Assembly (NCBI GenBank): GCA_963795855.1
Contig: CAWCIZ010000004.1
Coordinates: forward strand, 128,001 to 192,000
DNA: 64,000 nucleotides
Reading direction: 5' to 3'
Origin: Vulcanimicrobiota bacterium
GTDB lineage: Bacteria > Vulcanimicrobiota > Vulcanimicrobiia > Vulcanimicrobiales > Vulcanimicrobiaceae
Position numbers and translations under genes: made by a program. Shown piece by piece: positions 50,019-58,788 of this stretch (the first letter of the stretch is position 1; the number at the start of each line of letters is the position of its first letter). Below the pieces are notes generated by a model. The model made no database searches and was not told the origin of the DNA. It saw only the letters and a list, made by a program, of their open reading frames with translations.

Positions 50019-51266
50019 TCAGGGATTCTGATCCGGCGGTCCTTGCTCGTCCGGAGGTCCGCTTTGCTGCTGCTCGTACCCCGTTTGAGCGGGCCGCGCG
50101 CCGAGCGTGGCTTGGACCAACCGGCGCGTGCCCTGCGACCAGATCTCCAGATTGACTTTGTCGCCGGCCTTGTGTTTGCCGATGTCGGCGACCAGCGTCT
50201 GATAATTGTCGTAGCTCTTGCCGTTGACTTTGAGAATCACGTCGCCCGGATTGATGCCGGCTTGGTCTGCGGGCGAGCCGCTCGCGACTTGGTAGATTGC
50301 CACGCCGCCTTGGCCGCGGTACCCCGTCTGACTGCGGAACCCGTTCGTCACCGGGCCTAGGACAACGCCGAGGAACGCCTGCGCCGGCGGTTCCGTGACG
50401 CCCGGATGCGCGATCATTTCTGAGACGACGCGCCTGACGGTATTCGACGGTATTGCGAAGCCGATGCCTTCCGCTCCACCCCGGAGCGTTGACTGGTTGA
50501 CGCCGATGACGTCGCCGTTCATATCGATGAGCGGACCGCCGGAATTACCCGGGTTGATCGGCGCCGACGTCTGAAGCAAGCCTTTGAACGTAATCGTCTG
50601 ACCGGTCTCGGTTTGAATCGGTTCCGTCCGGTTGAAAGCGGAGACGACGCCGAAGCTGACGCTTTGCTGCAGCTCGTACGGTTCGCCGATCGCGATCGCC
50701 CACTGCCCTTGCTGGAGCTTGTCGGAATCCGCGAGGTTCAGCGCGGGCGGAAGGCCCTTGGTGTCCACGCGAATGACCGCGAGATCCGCCCCCACGTTCG
50801 CTGCCAGCAGCTTGGCTTTGACGCGGGCATTGTTCGGGAAGGTCACGGTGATGTCGCTGACCTGGGCGTTGGGAAGCGGCGGCCGCACGACGTGCGCGTT
50901 CGTGACGATGTCGCCTTTGTTGTCGAAGACGAATCCGGATCCGGATGCTTTGCCGCTGAAACTCTGCGGCACGCTGGGTCCTTGCTGGCCGAAAAATTGC
51001 TGTAGTAACGGGTCGACCGGCACGTATTCTTTGCCATTTACGGTCACCGTGATCGCGACCACGGACGGCTTGGTGCGCTTGACCGCATTGACGATTCGGT
51101 CTTGGTCGCTGCCGCCGGATAACGGTGCTGCGCTGACCGCGGGGGGCGTGCTATCCGGTCCCGCGACGTTCGAAAAGTGCGTGCTCGCATAGAGCATCAT
51201 AACGAATGCGCCGACAATCGCGCCTACGAGAGCAACGATCGCCGTCGGCATCAGGCGATTTTTCAC
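50019..51266 (-). CDS. htrA: HtrA/DegP-family serine protease with PDZ domain
   Basis: TNAHVV, DLAVI, INPGNSGGPL catalytic triad; PDZ (SPADQAGI..GDVI). Confidence 0.92.
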   Translation of the reverse strand: MKNRLMPTAIVALVGAIVGAFVMMLYASTHFSNVAGPDSTPPAVSAAPLSGGSDQDRIVNAVKRTKPSVVAITVTVNGKEYVPVDPLLQQFFGQQGPSVPQSFSGKASGSGFVFDNKGDIVTNAHVVRPPLPNAQVSDITVTFPNNARVKAKLLAANVGADLAVIRVDTKGLPPALNLADSDKLQQGQWAIAIGEPYELQQSVSFGVVSAFNRTEPIQTETGQTITFKGLLQTSAPINPGNSGGPLIDMNGDVIGVNQSTLRGGAEGIGFAIPSNTVRRVVSEMIAHPGVTEPPAQAFLGVVLGPVTNGFRSQTGYRGQGGVAIYQVASGSPADQAGINPGDVILKVNGKSYDNYQTLVADIGKHKAGDKVNLEIWSQGTRRLVQATLGARPAQTGYEQQQSGPPDEQGPPDQNP

Positions 51267-51327
51267 GAAGTAAGTTCCTCCGGTTTTTTCTACCCCCTAC
51301 GATTACCAAAAGTAGCGGGACGCTCGC

Positions 51328-52044
51328 TTAAGATTTGATGAGAGAAGCGCGTGCCGGCGGGCCGTCCGACACGACCAGTCCGTCGAGAACGCGCAAGATC
51401 CGCTTTGCATGCGAGGCGACGTTCTCGTCGTGCGTAACGATGATGATCGTGCGTCCGAGTGCGTTCAGCCGGTCGAAAAGTCCGAGAATTTCCGCGCTGG
51501 TCTTTGAATCCAAATTGCCCGTCGGTTCGTCCGCAAGGAGCACCGCGGGGTCGTTCACGAGCGCGCGCGCAATGGCAACGCGTTGCTGCTGCCCGCCCGA
51601 GAGCTCGTTCGGTTTGTGCTTTCCCCGATCGGCGAGGCCGACTTCGGCGAGTTGCGCGATTGCCGCGGCGGTTCGCTGGCGCGGCGGAATGCCGGCGTAG
51701 AAAAGCGGCAGCGCGACGTTTTTGACGGCGTCGGTGCGCGCGAGCAGGTTGAAGCCCTGGAAAATGAACCCAAGCTTCTTTAGTCTAATTTGCGCGAGCG
51801 CGTTGTCGTCCAGGCCGGAAACGTCGACCCCGTCCAGCAAATACGTTCCGCTCGTCGCGCGATCCAGACAGCCGAGCACGTTCATGAGGGTGGATTTACC
51901 GGAACCCGACGGCCCCATGATTGCGACGTATTCGCCGCGCGCTATCGTGAACGACACCCCGCGAAGCGCTTCCACCTCGAGGGAGCCGGATTTGTACACT
52001 TTCGTGACGTCGCGTACGTCGATGGCGTTGCGAGATTCATTCAT
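51328..52044 (-). CDS. ABC ATP-binding protein (MacB/LolD type)
   Basis: [37 protein letters not shown]. Confidence 0.93.
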   Translation of the reverse strand: MNESRNAIDVRDVTKVYKSGSLEVEALRGVSFTIARGEYVAIMGPSGSGKSTLMNVLGCLDRATSGTYLLDGVDVSGLDDNALAQIRLKKLGFIFQGFNLLARTDAVKNVALPLFYAGIPPRQRTAAAIAQLAEVGLADRGKHKPNELSGGQQQRVAIARALVNDPAVLLADEPTGNLDSKTSAEILGLFDRLNALGRTIIIVTHDENVASHAKRILRVLDGLVVSDGPPARASLIKS

Positions 52045-53233
52045 ATCGGAGTGCTTCTATGGGGTCCAGCGCGGCGGCGCGCAATGCCGGATACGTGCCG
52101 AATGCGAGCGTGATGATCGCTGCGAAGAGGCTGGCTAATACGACGGATTGCAGCCACGGCAGCGGAACGATGATGCCCGAGATCTTGATGAGATAGTGCA
52201 CGTTGACGTACCAGCCGGCCAGGAGTCCGAACATCGCGCCCAAGCCGCAGCCGAAGATCGCCAGCAGCGCCGCTTCCAGAAAAAACTGCAGCAGTATCTG
52301 GCTCTTTTTTGCACCGATCGCTTTGCGAACGCCGATCTCGCGCGTGCGTTCCACGATCGAGACCAGAAGAATGTTCATGATGCCGATTCCGGCGACCACG
52401 AGCGAAATCGCGCCGATGGCGCCGACGACCGCGCTCATGACGGCAAAACTCTTGTCCAGGAAACCCGCGACGAATTGACTGTCGATGGCGCGGTACGTGA
52501 ATTTGTTGCCCGTGGCGTGGTGCAGATAAGTTTTGATCGCGTCCTCGGTTTGGGTCATCGATGACGTATCGTCGACCAGCACTTGGCTTTCGAACAGCTT
52601 GCTGCCGTGCATGTCGCGGCGCTCGAATACCGTGTACGGGATCAGAATATCCGGCGAAAAATCGAAATTCAACGCGCCGGTCGGCGGCTTTTCCATGACG
52701 CCGACTACGTTGCAATGGTCGTCGCCGTAGCGCAGCGTCTGGCCCAGAATTTGCTGCGGATCGGCCTGGAGTTTCGTCGCGGCATTTGCCGAGAGCACGC
52801 AGACCGGTGCGCGCACGCCGACGTCGCCCTCGTCGATCGCGCGCCCGAAGCTCAAAGGCTGCGCGAGGAAACGCGGGTCGCCGCCCGTCGGCGCCACGTT
52901 CAATTTTGCGGTTTGGCTCCCGAAGCGCGCGACCTGCGAAAGCTGGGAGAACGGTATGGCTTCGTGCACGTTGGCCATGCCGTTGATTACCGTGAGATCC
53001 TGCAGCGTGAACATCGACTTGGGGTCGAAGCCTTTTTCGGTGTTCGGGAAGACGATGAACGTGTTCTGACTCAGAATGCGCAGCGAACCCGCGAGCGCGC
53101 CCGCCGTCGCTTGGCCGAGCACTTGAATGGCAATGACCGATGCGACGCCGACGACCAGCCCGATGAGGGCGAGCACCGTGCGCAGGCGATTTTGATACAG
53201 AACGTCGAGCGCTTCGCGCAGGTAATTGTTCAC
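52037..53233 (-). CDS. ABC permease (MacB/FtsX type)
   Basis: [36 protein letters not shown]. Confidence 0.92.
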   Translation of the reverse strand: MNNYLREALDVLYQNRLRTVLALIGLVVGVASVIAIQVLGQATAGALAGSLRILSQNTFIVFPNTEKGFDPKSMFTLQDLTVINGMANVHEAIPFSQLSQVARFGSQTAKLNVAPTGGDPRFLAQPLSFGRAIDEGDVGVRAPVCVLSANAATKLQADPQQILGQTLRYGDDHCNVVGVMEKPPTGALNFDFSPDILIPYTVFERRDMHGSKLFESQVLVDDTSSMTQTEDAIKTYLHHATGNKFTYRAIDSQFVAGFLDKSFAVMSAVVGAIGAISLVVAGIGIMNILLVSIVERTREIGVRKAIGAKKSQILLQFFLEAALLAIFGCGLGAMFGLLAGWYVNVHYLIKISGIIVPLPWLQSVVLASLFAAIITLAFGTYPALRAAALDPIEALRYE

Positions 53234-54441
53234 GAGCGCAGCGCTTCCACCGGATCCAAGCGGCTCGCCCGCATCGCGGGATACACGCCGAACGTGATGC
53301 CGATGACGATCGAAAACGACAATCCGTAGAGGAAGAGGTTCGCGTACGGGATGGGCAGCGGTCCCATCTTCGCGGCCAGCGCGCCCGACGCTCCGCCCAG
53401 CGCCAGAAGGCTCAGCGCAAAGCCGAGAATTCCCCCGGCCAGCGATATGAGCGTCGCTTCGGACAGAAACTGGGTCACGATATCGCGGCGTGAGGCGCCG
53501 ATCGATTTGCGAATGCCGATCTCGCGCGTGCGCTCGGTGACGGAGACCAGCATGATGTTCATGATTCCGATGCCCGCGACGAGCAGCGAGATCGCGCCGA
53601 TCGCCGTCAGACCGGCGGCTACCACGTCCACGACCTGCTTGTATTTTTCCAGCACCTCGCGATTGCTCTGCACGTCGTACGCGGCGCGCTTGCCGTGTAG
53701 GCGGTGCAGCGCGTCCAATGCGACCGTCTTTGCCGTATCCTCATCTTGAGGAGAATCCAGCCACAGGTAGAGGCCGTCTATCGGGCCGGGTGCAAAGTCG
53801 TGATACGTCGTAAACGGCAGCACGAAATAGTAATTGCCGCCGAAGTAGTTGCTTGCGGTTCCTTCGCGGTCGTTTGCGACGCCCACGATGGTAAAGCGCG
53901 TTCCGCCGACCTCGAGGTCTTGTCCGACCGCACCGTCGTGGCTTGCGAAAAATTCGAATGCCAGATCGGGGTTGACTACCGCAACGTGCGCGTGCGCGCG
54001 CTCGTCCTGCGCCGAAAGCGTCCGTCCCGCGATAACGTTGAACTTTTGGTCACCGCCGTACCAAGACCATCCGATGGCTACGAGGTGTTTCGTTTGCCGC
54101 CGTACGGCGAAGATGCCGTGCTCTCCGAACGATGGCGCATAGTACGGGGTAATGCGCGTCGTGATGCCCGCTTCGGCGTCTTCTACGACGCGGTAGTCGC
54201 GATAGTTCAGTTGCGCAATCGCCGGATTTGCCTGCTGCGGGTCCGGCGCAATCGTGAGGGAAGGGTTGTCGCTCGAATTGACGTTCGCGTTGATTGCAGC
54301 GGCGGCGCCTTCGCTGAGGCCGTACACGGAGAGGACCGCCGCAACGCCGATCAACATGCCGAGCATCGTCAGTATGGTGCGGGTCTTGTTGCGCATCAGC
54401 GCGTCGAAGGCTTCGGCAACGTACTCGAGCAGGCGGGTCAT
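53230..54441 (-). CDS. ABC permease (MacB/FtsX type)
   Basis: GIGIMNIMLVSVTERTREIGIRKSIGA, DPVEALRS. Confidence 0.92.
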   Translation of the reverse strand: MTRLLEYVAEAFDALMRNKTRTILTMLGMLIGVAAVLSVYGLSEGAAAAINANVNSSDNPSLTIAPDPQQANPAIAQLNYRDYRVVEDAEAGITTRITPYYAPSFGEHGIFAVRRQTKHLVAIGWSWYGGDQKFNVIAGRTLSAQDERAHAHVAVVNPDLAFEFFASHDGAVGQDLEVGGTRFTIVGVANDREGTASNYFGGNYYFVLPFTTYHDFAPGPIDGLYLWLDSPQDEDTAKTVALDALHRLHGKRAAYDVQSNREVLEKYKQVVDVVAAGLTAIGAISLLVAGIGIMNIMLVSVTERTREIGIRKSIGASRRDIVTQFLSEATLISLAGGILGFALSLLALGGASGALAAKMGPLPIPYANLFLYGLSFSIVIGITFGVYPAMRASRLDPVEALRS

Positions 54442-55706
54442 TTCTGAACTACGACGGCGACTCCATCGCTGAGGGCGGGATTTTTGTCCACGATCACCTT
54501 ATCGCCCCGCTGCAAGCCGCTCGAAACGACTGTTTGCGTGTCATTGGATTCGCCTGTCCGCACGAGTTGCTTGCGCGCTTTGCCGCCGCGTGCGACGAAA
54601 ACGTACGTCTTGCCTTGCTCGCGTACGATTGCCGCGGCGGGAACCGTGAGCACGTTGCGGAGATTGGTCGTCACGATATCGACGTCCACGCTCATCCCGT
54701 CCTTGAGATATGAGGGCGCGTGGTCGAGTTGAATCGTGGTCAGCACTTGACGCGCCGTGCTGCTGGCATCCGTCGAACGAATCGCGAGCGGCGAAATGGA
54801 CGTGACGTGGCCCGCGAGCGTCTTGCCGGGAAAGTCTTCGCTGCTCACCTCGGCCTGCTGACCGCGCCGTACGTTGATGACGTCTTGTTCGTCGACCTGC
54901 GCCTTGACGATATACGCGTCGCTTCCGGCGATGGTGAAAAGCGCTTGTCCCTGCGTAACCGCGTCGCCCTCGCGCATGTTCGTCAACGGGTCGTTCGGTT
55001 GCGTGGCGATTGACTGTATGACGCCGTCGAAGGGCGCGACGATGCGCGTGAACCCGAGTTGCTGCTGGTTCGACGCGTTGACGATCTGCATCTTTTGCGC
55101 GTTCGCTTGCGCGTACTGAACGCTATTCTCGCCATATCCCGTCACCGCGCCCAGGCGCAGTTGGCGAACCGCCTGCTCGTACTCGACCTGGCTTTGAACG
55201 AGCTTCGTCCTATCAGTGTCCACTTGGTTTCGCGCGATGGCCTTGTTGGCATACAGCGCGACGTCGGCGTCGTAGATGCGCCGAGCTTCGTCGAGATTCG
55301 ACTTTGCCGTTGCGACCTGCGCTTGATACGTCACCTTGGCGTTCTGTTCTTGAATTCTCGCCGTTTGAATGGTAGCGACGGCGGAATCGTAATCGGCTTG
55401 CGAACCGGCCGCGTTAGATTCGAGTGCCGGATTTTCGATGGTCGCGAGCATTTCGCCGCCTGCGACGCGTTCTCCGGGGCGCACATAGATGTGCGCGATG
55501 TTTCCGGCGACCAGCGTCGGAACGGTGACGACCTGCGGCCGCTGTACGACGCCGTTTTCGGGAAGTTTCGATTGAAACGAACCCGGCTTGACCGCGACCG
55601 CGCGCACCGAGATTGCGTCCGCGCCGTGCCGGCTCGAAAGCGCGGCCACGGCCACGATTACGCCCAGGACCACGACGATGATGATGAGATTACGAATGCG
55701 TTTCAT
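54438..55706 (-). CDS. Periplasmic adaptor / membrane fusion protein (MacA/HlyD)
   Basis: N-terminal TM, lipoyl-like halves (GERV..G, IVAPFDGVI), coiled coil, VDEQDV, GMSVDV. Confidence 0.9.
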   Translation of the reverse strand: MKRIRNLIIIVVVLGVIVAVAALSSRHGADAISVRAVAVKPGSFQSKLPENGVVQRPQVVTVPTLVAGNIAHIYVRPGERVAGGEMLATIENPALESNAAGSQADYDSAVATIQTARIQEQNAKVTYQAQVATAKSNLDEARRIYDADVALYANKAIARNQVDTDRTKLVQSQVEYEQAVRQLRLGAVTGYGENSVQYAQANAQKMQIVNASNQQQLGFTRIVAPFDGVIQSIATQPNDPLTNMREGDAVTQGQALFTIAGSDAYIVKAQVDEQDVINVRRGQQAEVSSEDFPGKTLAGHVTSISPLAIRSTDASSTARQVLTTIQLDHAPSYLKDGMSVDVDIVTTNLRNVLTVPAAAIVREQGKTYVFVARGGKARKQLVRTGESNDTQTVVSSGLQRGDKVIVDKNPALSDGVAVVVQK

Positions 55707-55714
55707 GCCTGATC

Positions 55715-57025
55715 CTAAATGTCCGCAACCGCTTGTTCGGGAGAGATTATTCCGAGGGCAACGCGCAACTTGACGATTGCGTCGACGTACGCGACCCGCG
55801 CGTTGTACAGATCGACCTGAGCGGACAGCGCCGCCTGCTGACGCTGTTGGACGTCGACCAGCGTGATGAGCCCGTGCTGATACTGCAACTCGGCGATGCG
55901 GGAAGCCTCACCGGCGAACCGCGTCTCATCCTGCGCTGATGCAAGCTGTGCGGTCGCGGTTTGTGCAGCGCGGTACGATTGTCGAACGTCTATTTCCGCT
56001 TGCGCGCGCGCGGCGCCCAGGTTCACCTCGGCAGCTGCAATTTGTTCGTTCAGGTTCCGGTGATTCGCCCTGCGCGCGCCCCAATCGACGAACGGCAGCG
56101 AGATGCTCGAGGTTACGCCGATGTTCCAATATCCCGGATTGCCGCGGTTTACCTGACCGAATTGTGCCTGCTGTGAAGCCAATGTCGGCGAGAACTGATT
56201 GCCGATCCCCGCGAAGGTTTGAATCTGCGGAAACAAATCCGTGTCGGCCGAGCGGCGATTCGTTTGCGCTATCGCCACCGCATCTTGCGCAGAGGAGACG
56301 TCGGGGCGGTTTGCCTGCGCGATCGCGATGAGCGCGTCGAGCGAACCGGCGGGCAGCGCCGGCTGCGGCACTTGCACCGGCACGTCGAATGCCGTGTCGA
56401 GCGGCGCGCCGATGATTTGCGCGAGCGATTCTGCGGCGTTTTGGGAATCCGCTTGCGCCGAGGCCAGCGTGTACCGGCTTTTTTCTTCGGCGGCCTGCGC
56501 GCTCAGCACGTCGACCCCGGCGGCGACTCCTGCGCGTTCCTTTGCGCGAGCTACGGAGACCAACGCCTGCTGATACCGCAGATCCCCTTCGTCCAGACGG
56601 ACGCCTTCGTTCTTTCCGGCGAGGTTGAAAAAGGCGTCCGCGACGTCGCTCGTGACTTGCTCCTGGGTGCGCCGCAGATCCGCTTGCCCCTGCTCGTATT
56701 GCTGACGAGCTGCGAGCGAGAGATAATGCGAGAGCCCGCCGTCAAAGGTGTACGTCGTTCCCAAAGCGGCGGTGTTCTGCGAAAAAACCGACCTTTGGGA
56801 AGCGCCGATGACGGAATACGCGCCGGTGTAGTTCGCGGACTTCGACATCTGATTTTGAACCTGACCCGTCACGCCCGGCAGCGTTTGCGAACGCGCTTTG
56901 ACATAAGCCGACTCGAGTTGGGAAACGGCGGCGACCTGTTTGGCCACGGTGGGACTGTGCGCGAGTGCATACCGCACCGCGTCCGGAAGCGAAAGCGCCG
57001 CCGATAGAATGACCGCCCCCACCAC
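55715..57025 (-). CDS. TolC-family outer membrane efflux protein
   Basis: LSLPDAVRYALAHSP, NRPDV, ISLPFVDWG, YQHGLITLVDV; SD GGAGGT at 57036-57031 before GTG. Confidence 0.88.
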   Translation of the reverse strand: MVGAVILSAALSLPDAVRYALAHSPTVAKQVAAVSQLESAYVKARSQTLPGVTGQVQNQMSKSANYTGAYSVIGASQRSVFSQNTAALGTTYTFDGGLSHYLSLAARQQYEQGQADLRRTQEQVTSDVADAFFNLAGKNEGVRLDEGDLRYQQALVSVARAKERAGVAAGVDVLSAQAAEEKSRYTLASAQADSQNAAESLAQIIGAPLDTAFDVPVQVPQPALPAGSLDALIAIAQANRPDVSSAQDAVAIAQTNRRSADTDLFPQIQTFAGIGNQFSPTLASQQAQFGQVNRGNPGYWNIGVTSSISLPFVDWGARRANHRNLNEQIAAAEVNLGAARAQAEIDVRQSYRAAQTATAQLASAQDETRFAGEASRIAELQYQHGLITLVDVQQRQQAALSAQVDLYNARVAYVDAIVKLRVALGIISPEQAVADI

Positions 57026-57030
57026 GAGAC

Positions 57031-57202
57031 ACCTCCGACCCAAAAATAAAGACCCCGCGGAAAAAATCCGCTGGTCGATGTACTGCTCACCGGGTCTTAC
57101 GTTTCACATGCCGGCCGCATGCGGCCGCGTCGACCCGAATCTACTTGGCTCGGCAACCGTAGCCCTCCATCCGCGGAAGGGACGGGCTGCGGGATGAGCC
57201 AA
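57031..57202 (-). promoter_or_regulatory. Structured 5' leader, candidate attenuator/riboswitch-like RNA of the TolC-MacAB operon
   Basis: 58-nt hairpin 57145-57202, GGTCGA/TCGACC-closed domain, competing AAGACCC/GGGTCTT stem followed by a U-rich tract. Confidence 0.45.
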
Positions 57203-57751
57203 ATGAACTACCAAGCGCTTGCTTGTTTAGAGTGCTTTATTTTGTTCTCGCGCGACGGGGTGGAGCAGCCGGTGAATCTGCGGTTTTCGGATCCGAAGGT
57301 GCTTGTAACGGAAAACCGTTTTCTGGCTGCGCCGGTCCGCATGCGATTGGAGCGGGATCCGCGAGCGCGGCTCGCGGCGGCGTTCATGGCCTCGCGCCTC
57401 CATGAAGATCTGCGGCTCGAAGACGTCGCCGCAGCCGTTCACATGAATAAGCGCGCGTTGTGCAATTTCTTCGCACGAGCGGTCGGTGCGAGCGTTTTCG
57501 AAGTCGTCCGCGCCATGCGCGTTTACCACGCGGTAAGACTGTTGGAGATCGCCGCCGGCGTTCCGGTCCGCTCGATAGCCCGTGAGGCCGGTTACGAAAA
57601 TTTTTCGAGCTTTTGCCGAGCGTTCAAAGCCGTGACCGGCATGCCGGCCACCGCGTATACGTCTTATGCCATGCCGAAGTTGTGCAGCGCCGCCACGCCG
57701 CCGGCCGCGAAAACCGCGCCGAGCAGAAGCACGATGGCTGCGAACGTGTAA
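57194..57751 (+). CDS. AraC-family HTH regulator (essentially DNA-binding domain only; start uncertain)
   Basis: LEDVAAAVHMN..LCNFF, IAREAGYENFSSFCRAFKAVTGMPATAY AraC signature. Confidence 0.75.
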   Translation: MSQMNYQALACLECFILFSRDGVEQPVNLRFSDPKVLVTENRFLAAPVRMRLERDPRARLAAAFMASRLHEDLRLEDVAAAVHMNKRALCNFFARAVGASVFEVVRAMRVYHAVRLLEIAAGVPVRSIAREAGYENFSSFCRAFKAVTGMPATAYTSYAMPKLCSAATPPAAKTAPSRSTMAANV

Positions 57752-58416
57752 GCAATCCCGGCGCTCGTTTTGCCGGTCACACGCAGCATCGTCGTGTTGA
57801 GGAAGAAGCCCCATACCGTAAAGATGCTGATCGCGGAAAGAAACGCGAGCAGAGCGGGGCTGCCGTGTCGCACTACGGTCGCCAAACTCGGCATCGCTTG
57901 CGCCATCGCGATACTGCTCTCGAACGAATCGGCGCCGCGAACCATCGTGATGACGCCGAGCGCAATCGCACCCAACCCGATTGTGGGGACCGCGATGTTC
58001 ATCGAACCGCACCACAGCCGTTTGAAATCCGCTTGTCCGCGGCCGAGCGCGTTTCCGGCCAGCAGGATCACCGTATTGAAAAACACCGCGAAGAAAAGCA
58101 CGAGGATTGGAGCGACGTCACTGAAGACCGACGGTTTCCCGGCGTTTGCAAGGGCTTTCTGTTTCTGTTCGGCAGTCGCGTTCGCGAAAAGCGGGCTGGT
58201 GCTAACCATCCGCTGCACCTGCGCGTTCGCTACGTGGCGAGCCGCGGGCGCCTGCAGAAACGTACCGGCGAGCAACAGCACCAAGCTGACGACGAGCGCC
58301 CAACCCCACGTCGGCGCGGTGCGCTGACGTTCGAACGCGTCCGCAGGTGCGGCTATCGTATCGACGACGGTAGAAAGCCCGTTTACCTTAGCGGCGGCTG
58401 GTACCGACACGCTCAT
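57664..58416 (-). CDS. YIP1-family membrane protein
   Basis: TIAAPADAFE...PTWGWAL N-terminus and about 5 TM, typical of Yip1 proteins beside MacAB-like operons. Confidence 0.75.
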   Translation of the reverse strand: MSVSVPAAAKVNGLSTVVDTIAAPADAFERQRTAPTWGWALVVSLVLLLAGTFLQAPAARHVANAQVQRMVSTSPLFANATAEQKQKALANAGKPSVFSDVAPILVLFFAVFFNTVILLAGNALGRGQADFKRLWCGSMNIAVPTIGLGAIALGVITMVRGADSFESSIAMAQAMPSLATVVRHGSPALLAFLSAISIFTVWGFFLNTTMLRVTGKTSAGIAYTFAAIVLLLGAVFAAGGVAALHNFGMA

Positions 58417-58478
58417 GAAAACCTCCTAGACCAACGATAACTGCCGCAACTGTATGAGCGTGCGGCGCCGCCTGATCT

Positions 58479-58754
58479 TCACGGCGTCTTCAGCAACTCC
58501 TCGATGGGTACCCGCGCTTCGATCGCTCTGCGGACGCGGTCGAGCCGCTCCCTTCGCAACTCGAGCAGTTTGAGTTCGAGAATAATTCGCACGCGCCGCA
58601 AGGCGCGGCGAGAATACAGCTCCGCGGCGGTGGGCGGCGCTGCGGCCAAGCGGTGGCGCGACGCTCGGTGGTGCTTGGGCGGATCGGCGGCAGCGGGCAG
58701 GGAGGCGGCTAAAGCCAAGGTCAGCGCCAAGGCGGCGAGGTAACGAGGCGGCAT
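58479..58754 (-). CDS. Small secreted hypothetical protein
   Basis: Signal peptide ending AAA; basic helical body. Confidence 0.5.
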   Translation of the reverse strand: MPPRYLAALALTLALAASLPAAADPPKHHRASRHRLAAAPPTAAELYSRRALRRVRIILELKLLELRRERLDRVRRAIEARVPIEELLKTP

Positions 58755-58788
58755 GCCGTCCCATCACGTCGACTCCGCGCGTCGCTAG

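Noticed and set aside
57031..57202. Assignment to 6S RNA, SRP RNA, T-box, c-di-GMP or c-di-AMP riboswitch, or a self-cleaving ribozyme
   Set aside because: The diagnostic conserved cores of these classes were not found by eye on either strand.
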